A DNA stretch of 64,000 nucleotides, from the IMG/VR virus record IMGVR_UViG_3300025736_000010, positions 48,897 to 112,896 of that record. The stretch is one strand, 5' to 3'. The position numbers and the translations under genes were made by a program. This DNA comes from a virus. This document shows, one piece after another, positions 15,817 through 25,855 of the stretch. Position 1 is the first letter of the stretch. Each line of letters begins with the position of its first letter. A model generated the notes under the pieces. It searched no databases. It was not told where the DNA came from and was given only the letters and a program-made list of their open reading frames with translations.

Positions 15817-18800
15817 ATGCCCGCACTCGGAGCAATGGCTGGATCTGCTGTTACTGGCAATATAGGGAGCGCATGGGTAACTGTAGGAGCGAATACAAGC
15901 CAGCTTGTTAGTGGTATGGGCGCAGCGACAACGTCCATGAAGACATTTGGAAAAGCTGCTATGGTCCTGTATGCTGTTGTCGCTGCTGTTAAAGCAACTA
16001 CAAGCGCATTCATTGAATTTGATCGCCAATTGAAAAACACATGGACATTGCTCGATTCGTCATCTAAACAGATGGACGCTACAGGCAATAGTGTAAGGAC
16101 AATGGCTAGGCAGTATCAAACAGGCGCTGCCGAGGCACAAGAAGCGCTTTATCATATCGTCAGCGCCACCTTCTATAATGCAGATGCCATGCGCATTCTA
16201 GAAGAAGCCACCAAAGGCGCAGCCGCTGGACTTGCATCTCTTGGCTCTACCGGCGACATGCTCACAACTGTATTGAATGCGTATAGAATGTCTGCTAGCG
16301 AGGCTACTACAATTAGTGATTATTTGTTCCAGACAATCCGTTACGGGAAGTGTGTGACAGGCGATACTAGAGTTCTTCTGTCAAACGGAAAATACGAGAG
16401 AATCGATGGTTTAGAGAATGGCGCAGAGGTTGTCTCGTTTGATGGTGAGCGTTTTGTTCCTAAAAACGCTGAATGGGTATATCAAGGTGAAAAGATTGTT
16501 GTAAAACTTACGACACAACTGGGTCGCGAGATTAAAACGACATTTAATCATCCTTATCTTACAAAAGACGGCTGGAAAAAGGTGATGGACCTTTCTGTCG
16601 GTGATGAGATAGCAGTACCGACAAACATCCCATACTTTGGTAACGTTCATGTTGATAAGAATAAAGCAGCGTTCTTAGGCTTATGGATTGCTGAGAGTGC
16701 GCCAGAAGCCGGTTGCCCGAGGATAACAACCTCTCTATATAAAGACAAGCTAGAAGAAGTTGCTAAATATTTTGGATGCACTATTAATAATGTTGAGAAA
16801 AGGCCTGGCAAGACTCCGGTGTACGATTTCTCTAATAACTATAACGGGAATAAGGCGATGGAGTTCTTGCGCGAAACTGGGCTAGACAACTGCACTACTG
16901 CGACAAAATACGTGCCAGATGAAGTGTTTTCTTGGGACAAAGAATCAGTGGCTGAGTTTTTGCATTGGTATTTTAACGGTGATGGGTGGTTGAACAGGGG
17001 GATAGATAAAGGGCGAGGGTATAATCACCAGCTTGGCGTTTGTTCAAAGTCAGAAATCCTTATTAGGCAAGTTAGCCATCTATTATTGCGCTTTGGCATT
17101 GTAGGCAGAGTTAGGAAGAGACGATACTCTGAAAAAATAATAAAGAGCCTTGTAAGAGAGAACAATAACGAGTTTTGGGTATGGGAATGTGCTAGGAACA
17201 CTGATATACGTAGATTTGTAAAATTTATAGGAATAGACAGGGAATTTGCTGAAGAGGCTGCTAATAGACCATTCGCCGAAAGGCGCGATCATGCTAACTG
17301 TAAAATATCGTCTGATGATGTGATTAGCATTCACGAGCTATACGCAGCTGGTGAACATACCGCCACGGAAATATCAAAGATGTTCGGCATTAGCCAACAG
17401 TACGTTTCTGATATTGTACGCGGAAAGAGAAGAGGGGAAAGTCTTGTATTCCCTAAATCACTTGACGTTAAAACACACTATAGATATGACAAGATAGTTG
17501 AGATCGAAGAACTGCATAAAGAGAAGGTATACGATTTAGTTGTTCCAGATTTGCACAACTTTGTCGCGGAAGATATTATTGCCCACAATACCACCATGTC
17601 AGAGCTGGCGCACCAAATGGGTCGTTTGAGCGGAGTTGCTGCGCCGGTAGGTGCCTCATTCTCGGATATGAGTGCAGCAGTGGCGACGCTAACAAGACAA
17701 GGAATTAGAACTGACTGGGCAATCACGAGTCTGCGCCAAACTCTCATGCAATTCATCAAACCTGTTAAAAATCTCAAAATGGCGCTGAAATCTCTTGGAT
17801 ATGAGTCAGGTGCTGTGCTAATCAAGCAAGAAGGGTTTGCTGGCGCGCTGAAGCTGATCACTAAATACGCTGAAGAAAACGGCATTGAGATGGAGCAAAT
17901 GTTCACCAACGTTCGTGCCATCACTGCTGTTCTTCCTTTGGCCACGACTGCTGCTGGCGAGTACGCAAAAGATCTTGACAGAATGGCGCATTCTAGTGGC
18001 GCCGCAACTGCTGCGTTTGAAAAACAGACTCAATCATGGTCATATCAGATACAAAAGTTTACTACAATGCTTAATGATTTTGCTATTAGCCTGGGCGAGC
18101 TATTAATGCCAGCACTGAAGGGCGTAATGGTGGTTATAGAGGGAATTACAACCGCGTTGCGGCCCGTTTTGGCGTTATTTAAGATGCTCGGAGGGGATCT
18201 TTTATTGGGGGTCGTTTCAACTGCCGGGGCTATGGCTGTTGCTGTGTGGTTGTCCGTAAAGGCGTGGGCTGCATTAGCGGCAACGGTGTCGAAGGCGGCA
18301 GCCGCGATGGGGATTGCTACGGCGGCTACTGTTGCTTTAACGAAGGCCCAACAAGCATTAGCCTTGTCTACATATACAACTGGCGGACTTATTCCGAACG
18401 TTTCTATGGCTTTTGCTGGAGGGGCTACCGGTGCCGCTGGGACGGTTGGATTTTTAGCATCGTTAAAAAAATCAATAGGTAAAATTATTTCAAAGTTTGG
18501 TGCCTTGAAGTTGTTGGGGGCGGGCCTGGCCGGGGCTTTTGCAGTTAAACAAATAATGAATATTGAGGTCGAGCCCGTTATAAAGATGGGACAGGTGCAA
18601 GGGGGCGCGACAGCAAGGAAGGCCCTAAGTGATTCGCTGAATAATGTGCTTGGTGGGGTTGCTGGTGGAGCAGTAATGGGGGCTATGATTGGCGGGCCGT
18701 GGGGAGCGCTTGCTGGTGGCGTGACGGCCGGTGTTGGCATAATAATAAGAATAGTCCATGAAATAAGAACAACTCAAGCAGAACTAGACGCTCCAAGAAT

Positions 18801-21800
18801 AGAAGAGCTGAAAAGTAAATTCATAGCTGAGTTTGATTTTCCTGAAGGAATAAAAGGAACCATAGAAACAGTAGAAGATTTTTTACGCAGTTTCGATAAC
18901 GTTCCAGATGGTGCACTTGATGCTATAGTGAAAGAACTTGAAAGATTTTATGATGTTGAGTGGGATTTTCTTACGCCTGAAACGCACGTTCTTACAAAGA
19001 CAGCCTCTGAGTTCAAGAAGTTTTTTGGCGACATGTCGTTTATTGCTTCTGCTGGGATGGATGAAGTTCTATCTTCATTTGAATCTGCTTGGAGAAGTAG
19101 CAAAGTATTAGAACTTACTGGTGGTGCGGCCACTCCAACTTCGTCTGAACTAATGCTTATGGGTGAGGATGCTTCGGCATTTTGGACAGCAGCAAGGAAT
19201 TTGCGAACAGACACAATGGACGAAGCAAATATTGGCGACATTCTTGACTTTTATGCAGAACAAGGAGCGGAAGTAAGGGCCGCTATTTATGGCGGACTAG
19301 CTTCAGAAGAGATAGATACAATATCTGTGCAAAGAGCAATATATGAGGCCATAAATGCTTACAAGGGGGAAAATAATCCAGCACAGGCAAGAAAGGCTCT
19401 TGAGCTGGCCGTGAAACCGTTGCTAGATGTTCTTGACGCAGATCAAATACTTGCATTTATAAGTGAAGGATTCGTCGGGACGGCCCCTGGCATGATAAAA
19501 ACAATTCTAGACGCGGCTGGTAAGACTATAGAAGAATATTTATCATTCCTTGAATCTTCCGCAACAATGCCAAATGTTCCGCAGATTGAAATGGCCGGAA
19601 TAAGCGAAGGCATGTTTAGCCTGTCTCTGGCGGCGACTGGGCTTGATCCTCTTGTGTCTAAATTAGGTAGTGAGTTTTACGTTTTGTGGAAAGCGATGGA
19701 CGAGGCGGACCTTGCGGACAAGGCGGCTGAGTGGAAAAAAATGAGCGACTTGCTGGACGATTGGACTGAGAGAGTGGAGATTCTAGCACAAGCAGACGAG
19801 ATTACAGAAGCCCAGGCAAATATGCTTGTTTTAACCATAGGAAAACTTGGGGATGCAATAGGGATAACAAACAAAGAAACTAAATCCTTAGTAGACAGTC
19901 TGAACGAAATTAAACTTTCAAATCTTTTGAAAGGTCTTAATAATCTAGACACATTAATGGTAGATGCAGTTAAGGAGTCATTATCTACTAGATATATTCC
20001 TTCTGATATCTCGCCAACAGGTACATCCAACATTGATCAATCTGCTTCAGCCTTTTCTGGTATTGACCAAACGGTTGGGGCTTTTAGCGATTCAGTTTTC
20101 TCATTTACGGGTGGAATAGAAAAGATCAATCAAGGCATTGAAAGTTTTGTAGAAACCGGAATAGAAGGAGTTGAGTCTCTAAATGCAGGCGCAGATCTAT
20201 CTGGATTTGTAAGTGCAATACAGGAAGCTGTAGGAATTGCAACATCGCTTGGAACAATTATAGAAGGAATTGGGGCGTGGATAGACATGGGGAGTCTTGA
20301 CAAATTCACAGAGGAACAACAGAGAGAAATTCTTGAGCATTACGAAACCCTAAAGGCGCTTAAAGAAAAATACGATGCTGCTGAACTTGCCAGGGCCAAG
20401 GCAACCGCAGATGCTATAAGAAGAGCAGATCTCTGGGGTGCCATTATTGAAGGAATGGAGTCTGTTGCGAACGCATTGGCATCAGCAATAATGCCAGAGG
20501 ATTCAAACTATAAGGGCACAGCATCGTCTGTAATTGGACTAGGAACAACGGCTGCTTCTTATGCTCTTGGGCTTATTAGCGGACCTGTTGGGTGGATAGC
20601 AGCAGCCGGAACTTTAATTGCAAGTGTTATAACTGACTCTGCCAACGCGATGAAAAAAGCTAAAGAAAAAGCGATGCAAACATTTTCTGAAATAGTGTCC
20701 ATTGGCTCCGATATATTCGACGGCCTAAAGAACGCCATTACTACTACAATATCGTTGTTCGGCGATCTTTCAGATGGAACACAGAAACTTATAAATGGAT
20801 TTGCAAGCCTATTCACACAAACTGAGGTATACGGGAGATTGCAAAGCGCTCTAGCCTCTGCGCAAAGTACAATATTCAACATGCTTCTAGGATTCCTATG
20901 GCCTATCGTTGCTGTTTTCGAGGCGCTCTTCGGAGTAACTACAGAAGTAGCTGAGGTAATAGAAAAAGAAACTGAGGCGAGAATGGCAAGCCTTAATGTG
21001 CCTTCTGGATACAAAGTAACTAGGGCAGAGTGGGAAGCAGCTACCCCTGGGCAACCTGGTATGCCGACTACAACTACAGACACACCAGACATACCAGACA
21101 AGCCAGACTCGGACCTACCTGAATGGGTACAAGAATTCATAGACCAGTGGGGTAGTGCGATTGATGACGCGATAGAGCCACTGAAAAGATTTGGCGACGC
21201 TTTAATAGAAATGTGGCAAGTATTAATGCCTGGAGTAATGGATGCGCTTCTTGAGTCTGTACATGAGTTTGGAACAAACATGCTTGGAATTGCGGAAAGG
21301 ATAAGAACAGACTTGTTGCCTGTGCTTGAAGATACTCTGCCGAACACTATATCAGGATTGTTCGATTTCTTTGCTGGGGCAATCGAAGGTGTCGCGATAT
21401 TGTTTGTTGATGTACTGACAAATACGATGCCGAGCATAGAAGGATTTGCAATCGCACTTGGACTGCTTGGAGATGAATTTCCAAGGCTTGCAGAACAACT
21501 TGCAGAAGGATTAAGCCCCGCGATAACTTCTTTAATCGACGGCATATCAACTCTTATAAACGTGTTAATAGGGACTGAGGGGTTCGATTGGACTAACTTA
21601 TTTGGAGATGGTTTTGATTGGACTAACTTTTTCGGAGATGTAGACATTGATTGGGAAGATATGCTTAGTGGTATATCGCCGTTCTTTGACTGGCTGAATG
21701 AAAATCTTAGTGATATCGAACTTACGGCGTTAGATGACATTGTTAGAACTGTGACCGGCGCATTTAATCTATTAGCCGGGGCAGTTGAAGGAATAATAAA

Positions 21801-22836
21801 CTTCTTTGTTGGACTAACATTGCCTAATTTGGACTCTATTGCAGATTTATTTGATGTTCTTGGCGATATAGGTACATTGCTCCCTGATTTGGGGCTAGCA
21901 ATAGGGCTTGGATTGGCACCAGTTATGCAGACAATTTTAGAAGGAGCATTAATTCCATTAGCTGGGTGGATAAGGGACACGTTTATTCCTGATCTTGAGG
22001 GTTTATTTGGTGCATTTGGTAGTTGGTGGATTACTAATATGGACCCGTGGCTTCAAGATGACTTCTTCCCAAGGATAGCTGGATGGTTGGAAACCATATA
22101 TGGTTATTTAGATCCAATATTTGAATGGCTGTCAGGTGATGTTTGGGATTGGTTTTCTGGTCCAGTTTGGGATGCAATACAACCTTTTGTTGATTCTGTT
22201 CTTGAAATGTTTGAGGAATTTGGTGAATGGGTTGACGAAAACTGGGATGAGATATCAGAATTCTTAACCACAGTGTTAGCAGAGAAACTCGGCGACCTTC
22301 TTAGCGAATTAGATGGTTTTCTCGAAACCGTGAAAGAATGGACAACTGGTGGCAACCCAATGGCTAATGCACTCAGCAATCTTAAAGATTCATTTGTTTT
22401 ATTGTGGGATGTGCTAAAGCCGCTTGTTGGGCCTATATTTTATGCTGCTATCCTTCTACTTACGGCAGGAATAAGTATATTAGCTGGCGTTGTTTTAGGA
22501 GTTTTGATTGCGGTAGTGGCTGTTTTAAATGCAGTTATATGGGCGTGGAATAATCTTATACCATTTTCAACCAATATTGACTATATTGATTATCCAAGCC
22601 TGGATGTTGGCGGTGAAATACTGAGTAGCGGAATTGCATTAGTCCATAAGGGAGAAGTTGTTGCACCGGCAGGAACAGCTCCGCTTGGCAATTATAGTGG
22701 CGGCGGGAAGGCTATAGATAACACAATAGTTCTAGACGGCAATGTTTTATATAGAGGAATGAGAAAAGTAAATCAACGAGAACAACGAAGGAAAACAGGA
22801 TCGTCAATAGGGGGGAGGGCGTGGAACAGTGCGTAG
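15817..22836 (+). CDS. Tape measure protein (TP901-type core) with intein
   Basis: 2339 aa, Ala/Gly-rich helical, TP901-like N-terminal core, periodic W/F C-terminus; follows chaperones. Confidence 0.92.
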   Translation: MPALGAMAGSAVTGNIGSAWVTVGANTSQLVSGMGAATTSMKTFGKAAMVLYAVVAAVKATTSAFIEFDRQLKNTWTLLDSSSKQMDATGNSVRTMARQYQTGAAEAQEALYHIVSATFYNADAMRILEEATKGAAAGLASLGSTGDMLTTVLNAYRMSASEATTISDYLFQTIRYGKCVTGDTRVLLSNGKYERIDGLENGAEVVSFDGERFVPKNAEWVYQGEKIVVKLTTQLGREIKTTFNHPYLTKDGWKKVMDLSVGDEIAVPTNIPYFGNVHVDKNKAAFLGLWIAESAPEAGCPRITTSLYKDKLEEVAKYFGCTINNVEKRPGKTPVYDFSNNYNGNKAMEFLRETGLDNCTTATKYVPDEVFSWDKESVAEFLHWYFNGDGWLNRGIDKGRGYNHQLGVCSKSEILIRQVSHLLLRFGIVGRVRKRRYSEKIIKSLVRENNNEFWVWECARNTDIRRFVKFIGIDREFAEEAANRPFAERRDHANCKISSDDVISIHELYAAGEHTATEISKMFGISQQYVSDIVRGKRRGESLVFPKSLDVKTHYRYDKIVEIEELHKEKVYDLVVPDLHNFVAEDIIAHNTTMSELAHQMGRLSGVAAPVGASFSDMSAAVATLTRQGIRTDWAITSLRQTLMQFIKPVKNLKMALKSLGYESGAVLIKQEGFAGALKLITKYAEENGIEMEQMFTNVRAITAVLPLATTAAGEYAKDLDRMAHSSGAATAAFEKQTQSWSYQIQKFTTMLNDFAISLGELLMPALKGVMVVIEGITTALRPVLALFKMLGGDLLLGVVSTAGAMAVAVWLSVKAWAALAATVSKAAAAMGIATAATVALTKAQQALALSTYTTGGLIPNVSMAFAGGATGAAGTVGFLASLKKSIGKIISKFGALKLLGAGLAGAFAVKQIMNIEVEPVIKMGQVQGGATARKALSDSLNNVLGGVAGGAVMGAMIGGPWGALAGGVTAGVGIIIRIVHEIRTTQAELDAPRIEELKSKFIAEFDFPEGIKGTIETVEDFLRSFDNVPDGALDAIVKELERFYDVEWDFLTPETHVLTKTASEFKKFFGDMSFIASAGMDEVLSSFESAWRSSKVLELTGGAATPTSSELMLMGEDASAFWTAARNLRTDTMDEANIGDILDFYAEQGAEVRAAIYGGLASEEIDTISVQRAIYEAINAYKGENNPAQARKALELAVKPLLDVLDADQILAFISEGFVGTAPGMIKTILDAAGKTIEEYLSFLESSATMPNVPQIEMAGISEGMFSLSLAATGLDPLVSKLGSEFYVLWKAMDEADLADKAAEWKKMSDLLDDWTERVEILAQADEITEAQANMLVLTIGKLGDAIGITNKETKSLVDSLNEIKLSNLLKGLNNLDTLMVDAVKESLSTRYIPSDISPTGTSNIDQSASAFSGIDQTVGAFSDSVFSFTGGIEKINQGIESFVETGIEGVESLNAGADLSGFVSAIQEAVGIATSLGTIIEGIGAWIDMGSLDKFTEEQQREILEHYETLKALKEKYDAAELARAKATADAIRRADLWGAIIEGMESVANALASAIMPEDSNYKGTASSVIGLGTTAASYALGLISGPVGWIAAAGTLIASVITDSANAMKKAKEKAMQTFSEIVSIGSDIFDGLKNAITTTISLFGDLSDGTQKLINGFASLFTQTEVYGRLQSALASAQSTIFNMLLGFLWPIVAVFEALFGVTTEVAEVIEKETEARMASLNVPSGYKVTRAEWEAATPGQPGMPTTTTDTPDIPDKPDSDLPEWVQEFIDQWGSAIDDAIEPLKRFGDALIEMWQVLMPGVMDALLESVHEFGTNMLGIAERIRTDLLPVLEDTLPNTISGLFDFFAGAIEGVAILFVDVLTNTMPSIEGFAIALGLLGDEFPRLAEQLAEGLSPAITSLIDGISTLINVLIGTEGFDWTNLFGDGFDWTNFFGDVDIDWEDMLSGISPFFDWLNENLSDIELTALDDIVRTVTGAFNLLAGAVEGIINFFVGLTLPNLDSIADLFDVLGDIGTLLPDLGLAIGLGLAPVMQTILEGALIPLAGWIRDTFIPDLEGLFGAFGSWWITNMDPWLQDDFFPRIAGWLETIYGYLDPIFEWLSGDVWDWFSGPVWDAIQPFVDSVLEMFEEFGEWVDENWDEISEFLTTVLAEKLGDLLSELDGFLETVKEWTTGGNPMANALSNLKDSFVLLWDVLKPLVGPIFYAAILLLTAGISILAGVVLGVLIAVVAVLNAVIWAWNNLIPFSTNIDYIDYPSLDVGGEILSSGIALVHKGEVVAPAGTAPLGNYSGGGKAIDNTIVLDGNVLYRGMRKVNQREQRRKTGSSIGGRAWNSA
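16351..17589 (+). mobile_element. Intein (413 aa) with LAGLIDADG endonuclease in tape measure protein
   Basis: YGK/CVTGDTRV; TTFNHPYL block B; FLHWYFNGDG; VYDLVV...NFVAEDIIAHN/T. Confidence 0.95.
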
Positions 22837-24367
22837 TATGGTGAACGGAGACTCAACAACAGAATGTTTGCCTCGCATTAAAGTCAAAGATGGCGACGGA
22901 ACGTGGATAGACCTTACTGATCGGCTATATTCAGTTAGCCTTGACGATAGTTTAGAGGCAGATTCAGCGTCAGTGAGTCTTGAGTTTAGAAATAACTCGG
23001 ACAAATACGTGTCTGGTGCATCTAATTACAATCTAGATCCACTAGACGTGTCTTCATTGTACTACAAAAATTCTGAGCCGATATTCGGTCGATACCACGA
23101 AGTGAAGCTTGAGGTTAGCAAAAACGACGGCGTAAATTACTATGAAGTATTTCGTGGATACGCAGGCCCGGAAACAGTCAACGTTACAACTTCAACAGAC
23201 AGAGATGATACAATAACGCTTAGGCCCTGCGATTTGAGCTTCCCGTACAAAGAGTTCCACTTTTATGACAGCCTCATATACAAATCGGCGGACGCTGTGA
23301 GCATAATGACGCAGATATTCACCGACCATGGGTTTAACGAAACAGTAGAAGAGGTTGATGCCCCTGCATTTCACGTTGAAGAGGTTCGCACAGGAGAAAC
23401 AAATGTTTGGGCTGCGCAGAAAGCATTAATTGGCCCTACAGGATATATATACAGAATCAAATGGAACGAGGACGTAACGTCTGCTTTCAAACCATGCGTA
23501 TACGACCCAGACAGAACTAAGACAGTTCCAGACGCAGCTTTTGCAGGAACATTCCAACACAGAAGAATAGATATAAGCGAGGCGGATGTAAGGACAAAGG
23601 TTGTAGTAATTTACAGGCACAGAGACAGCGGAACAATTGAATACGCGCAGGCCGAGAGCGAAGCAGCAAGAGACAAGTACGGGATTCCTGATGGGAGTGG
23701 AAACAGAAAACATAAAACAATGTGGCTAGCGGTTCAAGGTACCGGAACGAATTATAGTTTGATAGACACAGGACCAGAGGCGAAAGACCTTGCCGATTAC
23801 GTGTTATACGACTTGAAAGAGCCTGTTCCAGATATCGAGGTTAGGATACCACGAATCATCCCTGGAATTGAGATACACGACCTTCTCTCGTTTATAGGAG
23901 ATGACTACACTGTGACCATGGGCGTAACCTCAGTTAACTGGGACTGGAATACCGATAACAAAATAGGAACTACAACTGTTCGTGGAACTACCGATAGGGT
24001 AATTGGGGAGTTCGGGCTTTGGCTCGCTCAAGATGCCCACTCGCCAGAAGTTATGCGGGATTTGCAATTGGCATTCTTACAAGGGGATGGAATGCCGCCA
24101 GCGAAACCTGCGACGCCTGAGTTGCTTTCGTTTAGAGGAGTTGATTCGGCTACTGGGAAAGAGACTTCGGTTGTTGTGGCGACGGCAACGCCGAATTCTG
24201 AGTGGGACATTTCTCATTATAGGTTTTTTTGGCAAATTGTAGGCGAGGCGGAAACTGAAAGTCGTGTAGAAACTAAACCAAGACTGGTCATAAAAGACTT
24301 GCCGGTAGGAGCAACAGTTAAAATTTGGGTACAGGCAGTCGATTGGAGCGCAAGTGGCTTGTCTTAG
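22829..24367 (+). CDS. Tail tip/hub protein with C-terminal FN3-like segment
   Basis: Directly after tape measure; ARDKYG, PGIEIHDLL hub-like motifs; IKDLPVGATVKIWVQAVD. Confidence 0.65.
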   Translation: MRSMVNGDSTTECLPRIKVKDGDGTWIDLTDRLYSVSLDDSLEADSASVSLEFRNNSDKYVSGASNYNLDPLDVSSLYYKNSEPIFGRYHEVKLEVSKNDGVNYYEVFRGYAGPETVNVTTSTDRDDTITLRPCDLSFPYKEFHFYDSLIYKSADAVSIMTQIFTDHGFNETVEEVDAPAFHVEEVRTGETNVWAAQKALIGPTGYIYRIKWNEDVTSAFKPCVYDPDRTKTVPDAAFAGTFQHRRIDISEADVRTKVVVIYRHRDSGTIEYAQAESEAARDKYGIPDGSGNRKHKTMWLAVQGTGTNYSLIDTGPEAKDLADYVLYDLKEPVPDIEVRIPRIIPGIEIHDLLSFIGDDYTVTMGVTSVNWDWNTDNKIGTTTVRGTTDRVIGEFGLWLAQDAHSPEVMRDLQLAFLQGDGMPPAKPATPELLSFRGVDSATGKETSVVVATATPNSEWDISHYRFFWQIVGEAETESRVETKPRLVIKDLPVGATVKIWVQAVDWSASGLS

Positions 24368-24387
24368 AGGTAAAAATAGTGTATAAT
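24359..24387 (+). promoter_or_regulatory. Sigma70 promoter
   Basis: TTGTCT-17 nt-TATAAT with AATAGTG. Confidence 0.7.
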
Positions 24388-24410
24388 GTAAGTATCAGGA
24401 GGATTGACTA

Positions 24411-25010
24411 ATGGACAAAAGTTTAACGACCGTGCTGGCATCAACAACGATTGCTGCCGGAGAGACATCTATTTTGGCATCGGCCACCGCAACTGACTGC
24501 TCAAGAGGAACACAATTAATATACACAGTTCATGCTACTTTTAACGCTTCTGCAACTGAGGGGCTTATGGTATACCTTTTCACCAGCACAGATAATGCAA
24601 CCTGGGACAGCGTGGCTTGGGATTCTTGGGAAGTAGATAACGTTAGGCAAATCGGATATACCGCTGGCGATCTGTCGTGGATGTTCGGGGAGACTGTGAC
24701 TGGGCAGTCAGGTGGTACTGGGACGGTCGAGAATTGGTCTTTAGATTCTGGAACATGGGCTTTGGATACTGCCGCCGGAAATGTTTATTTAAGTTCCCTG
24801 ACAGGCACGTTTACAGACACTGAAACGCTCACGGGGTCTGATAGTGGATGTGTGGCAACACAGAGCGGCTCTGTGGCTGCGCACGCTCTTACCGCGACGT
24901 ATTTTTCCACGACGCCAACTCCGATGTTCATTAAAGCAAGGGTTCATAATCTAGATACTACACAATCAATTACGCTGTGCAGTTTGGGGGCTGTAAGCCA
25001 GACTATCTAA
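24411..25010 (+). CDS. Putative virion protein with inserted module
   Basis: AGGAGG RBS; Thr/Ser-rich; insert shared with ORF 5998. Confidence 0.6.
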   Translation: MDKSLTTVLASTTIAAGETSILASATATDCSRGTQLIYTVHATFNASATEGLMVYLFTSTDNATWDSVAWDSWEVDNVRQIGYTAGDLSWMFGETVTGQSGGTGTVENWSLDSGTWALDTAAGNVYLSSLTGTFTDTETLTGSDSGCVATQSGSVAAHALTATYFSTTPTPMFIKARVHNLDTTQSITLCSLGAVSQTI

Positions 25011-25012
25011 TC

Positions 25013-25855
25013 ATGCCAAAGCGACTAGATCTAGACGATGCTGACATAGTGCGCAGATACAAATCTGGCGAGTCCCAGTTATCAATAGCAACTAGTCTTG
25101 GCATTACTTCGCCGCCGATATTTAGGAGGCTGCAAGAAGCTGGAGCATCACTTTGTTCAACTAAAGCTGAAAATACATACAATAATATGGAGTGGCTAAT
25201 AGAAGAATATGTAGTTAAGAAAAGATCCGGCAGGGATATTGCGAGAGGATGCGGTGTCGGTCACCACACTATTTTTGCACGTATTGACAAATATAATATT
25301 GAAAGGTCTGCGAATCAAGAAGTTGTAGATTTGAGTGGGCAAAGATTTGGCAGGCTCGTCGCAATTAGCCTAGAAGAAGGAAGAAGAGGGTGGGGAGGTA
25401 CATCATGGGAATGTCGTTGCGATTGCGGTAGCGCAGTAAGCGTGTTATCAGGCAATCTTGTTTCTGGGCATACGCAAAGTTGTGGGTGTTTAAATGAGGA
25501 AATAATAGCAAAATTCAGGTTTAAGCGCGGCGAGGAGCACCCAAACTGGAGTTATGATAAAACAGATGAAGAACGTAAAAGGGAACGTAGTTATCCTGGA
25601 TATAAAAAATGGCGGAAAGCCATTGTGGTAAGAGATAATTATACGTGTCAAAAATGCATGGAATCTGGAGGCGATTTGCGGGCGCATCATATAGAATCTC
25701 ATAACCTGAACAAGGGGTTGAGGCTTGTGCTAGAGAACGGAATTACATTATGCGCCGGTTGTCACAAAAACTTTCACCGCATCTACGGCCTCGGGAATAA
25801 CACCAGCGAACAATTCAACGAATTCATGCTAATGGATGGTGATTCTAATTCCTAA
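25013..25855 (+). CDS. HNH homing endonuclease
   Basis: DLSGQRFGRLV..WECRCDCG..SCGC; RDNYTCQKC..AHHI..NGITLC..CH. Confidence 0.88.
   Translation: MPKRLDLDDADIVRRYKSGESQLSIATSLGITSPPIFRRLQEAGASLCSTKAENTYNNMEWLIEEYVVKKRSGRDIARGCGVGHHTIFARIDKYNIERSANQEVVDLSGQRFGRLVAISLEEGRRGWGGTSWECRCDCGSAVSVLSGNLVSGHTQSCGCLNEEIIAKFRFKRGEEHPNWSYDKTDEERKRERSYPGYKKWRKAIVVRDNYTCQKCMESGGDLRAHHIESHNLNKGLRLVLENGITLCAGCHKNFHRIYGLGNNTSEQFNEFMLMDGDSNS

Noticed and set aside
20559-21980. 473-aa minus-strand ORF and other long antisense ORFs (18045, 17478, 45824, 5922)
   Set aside because: Shadow frames of well-supported plus-strand genes; no RBS or recognisable motifs
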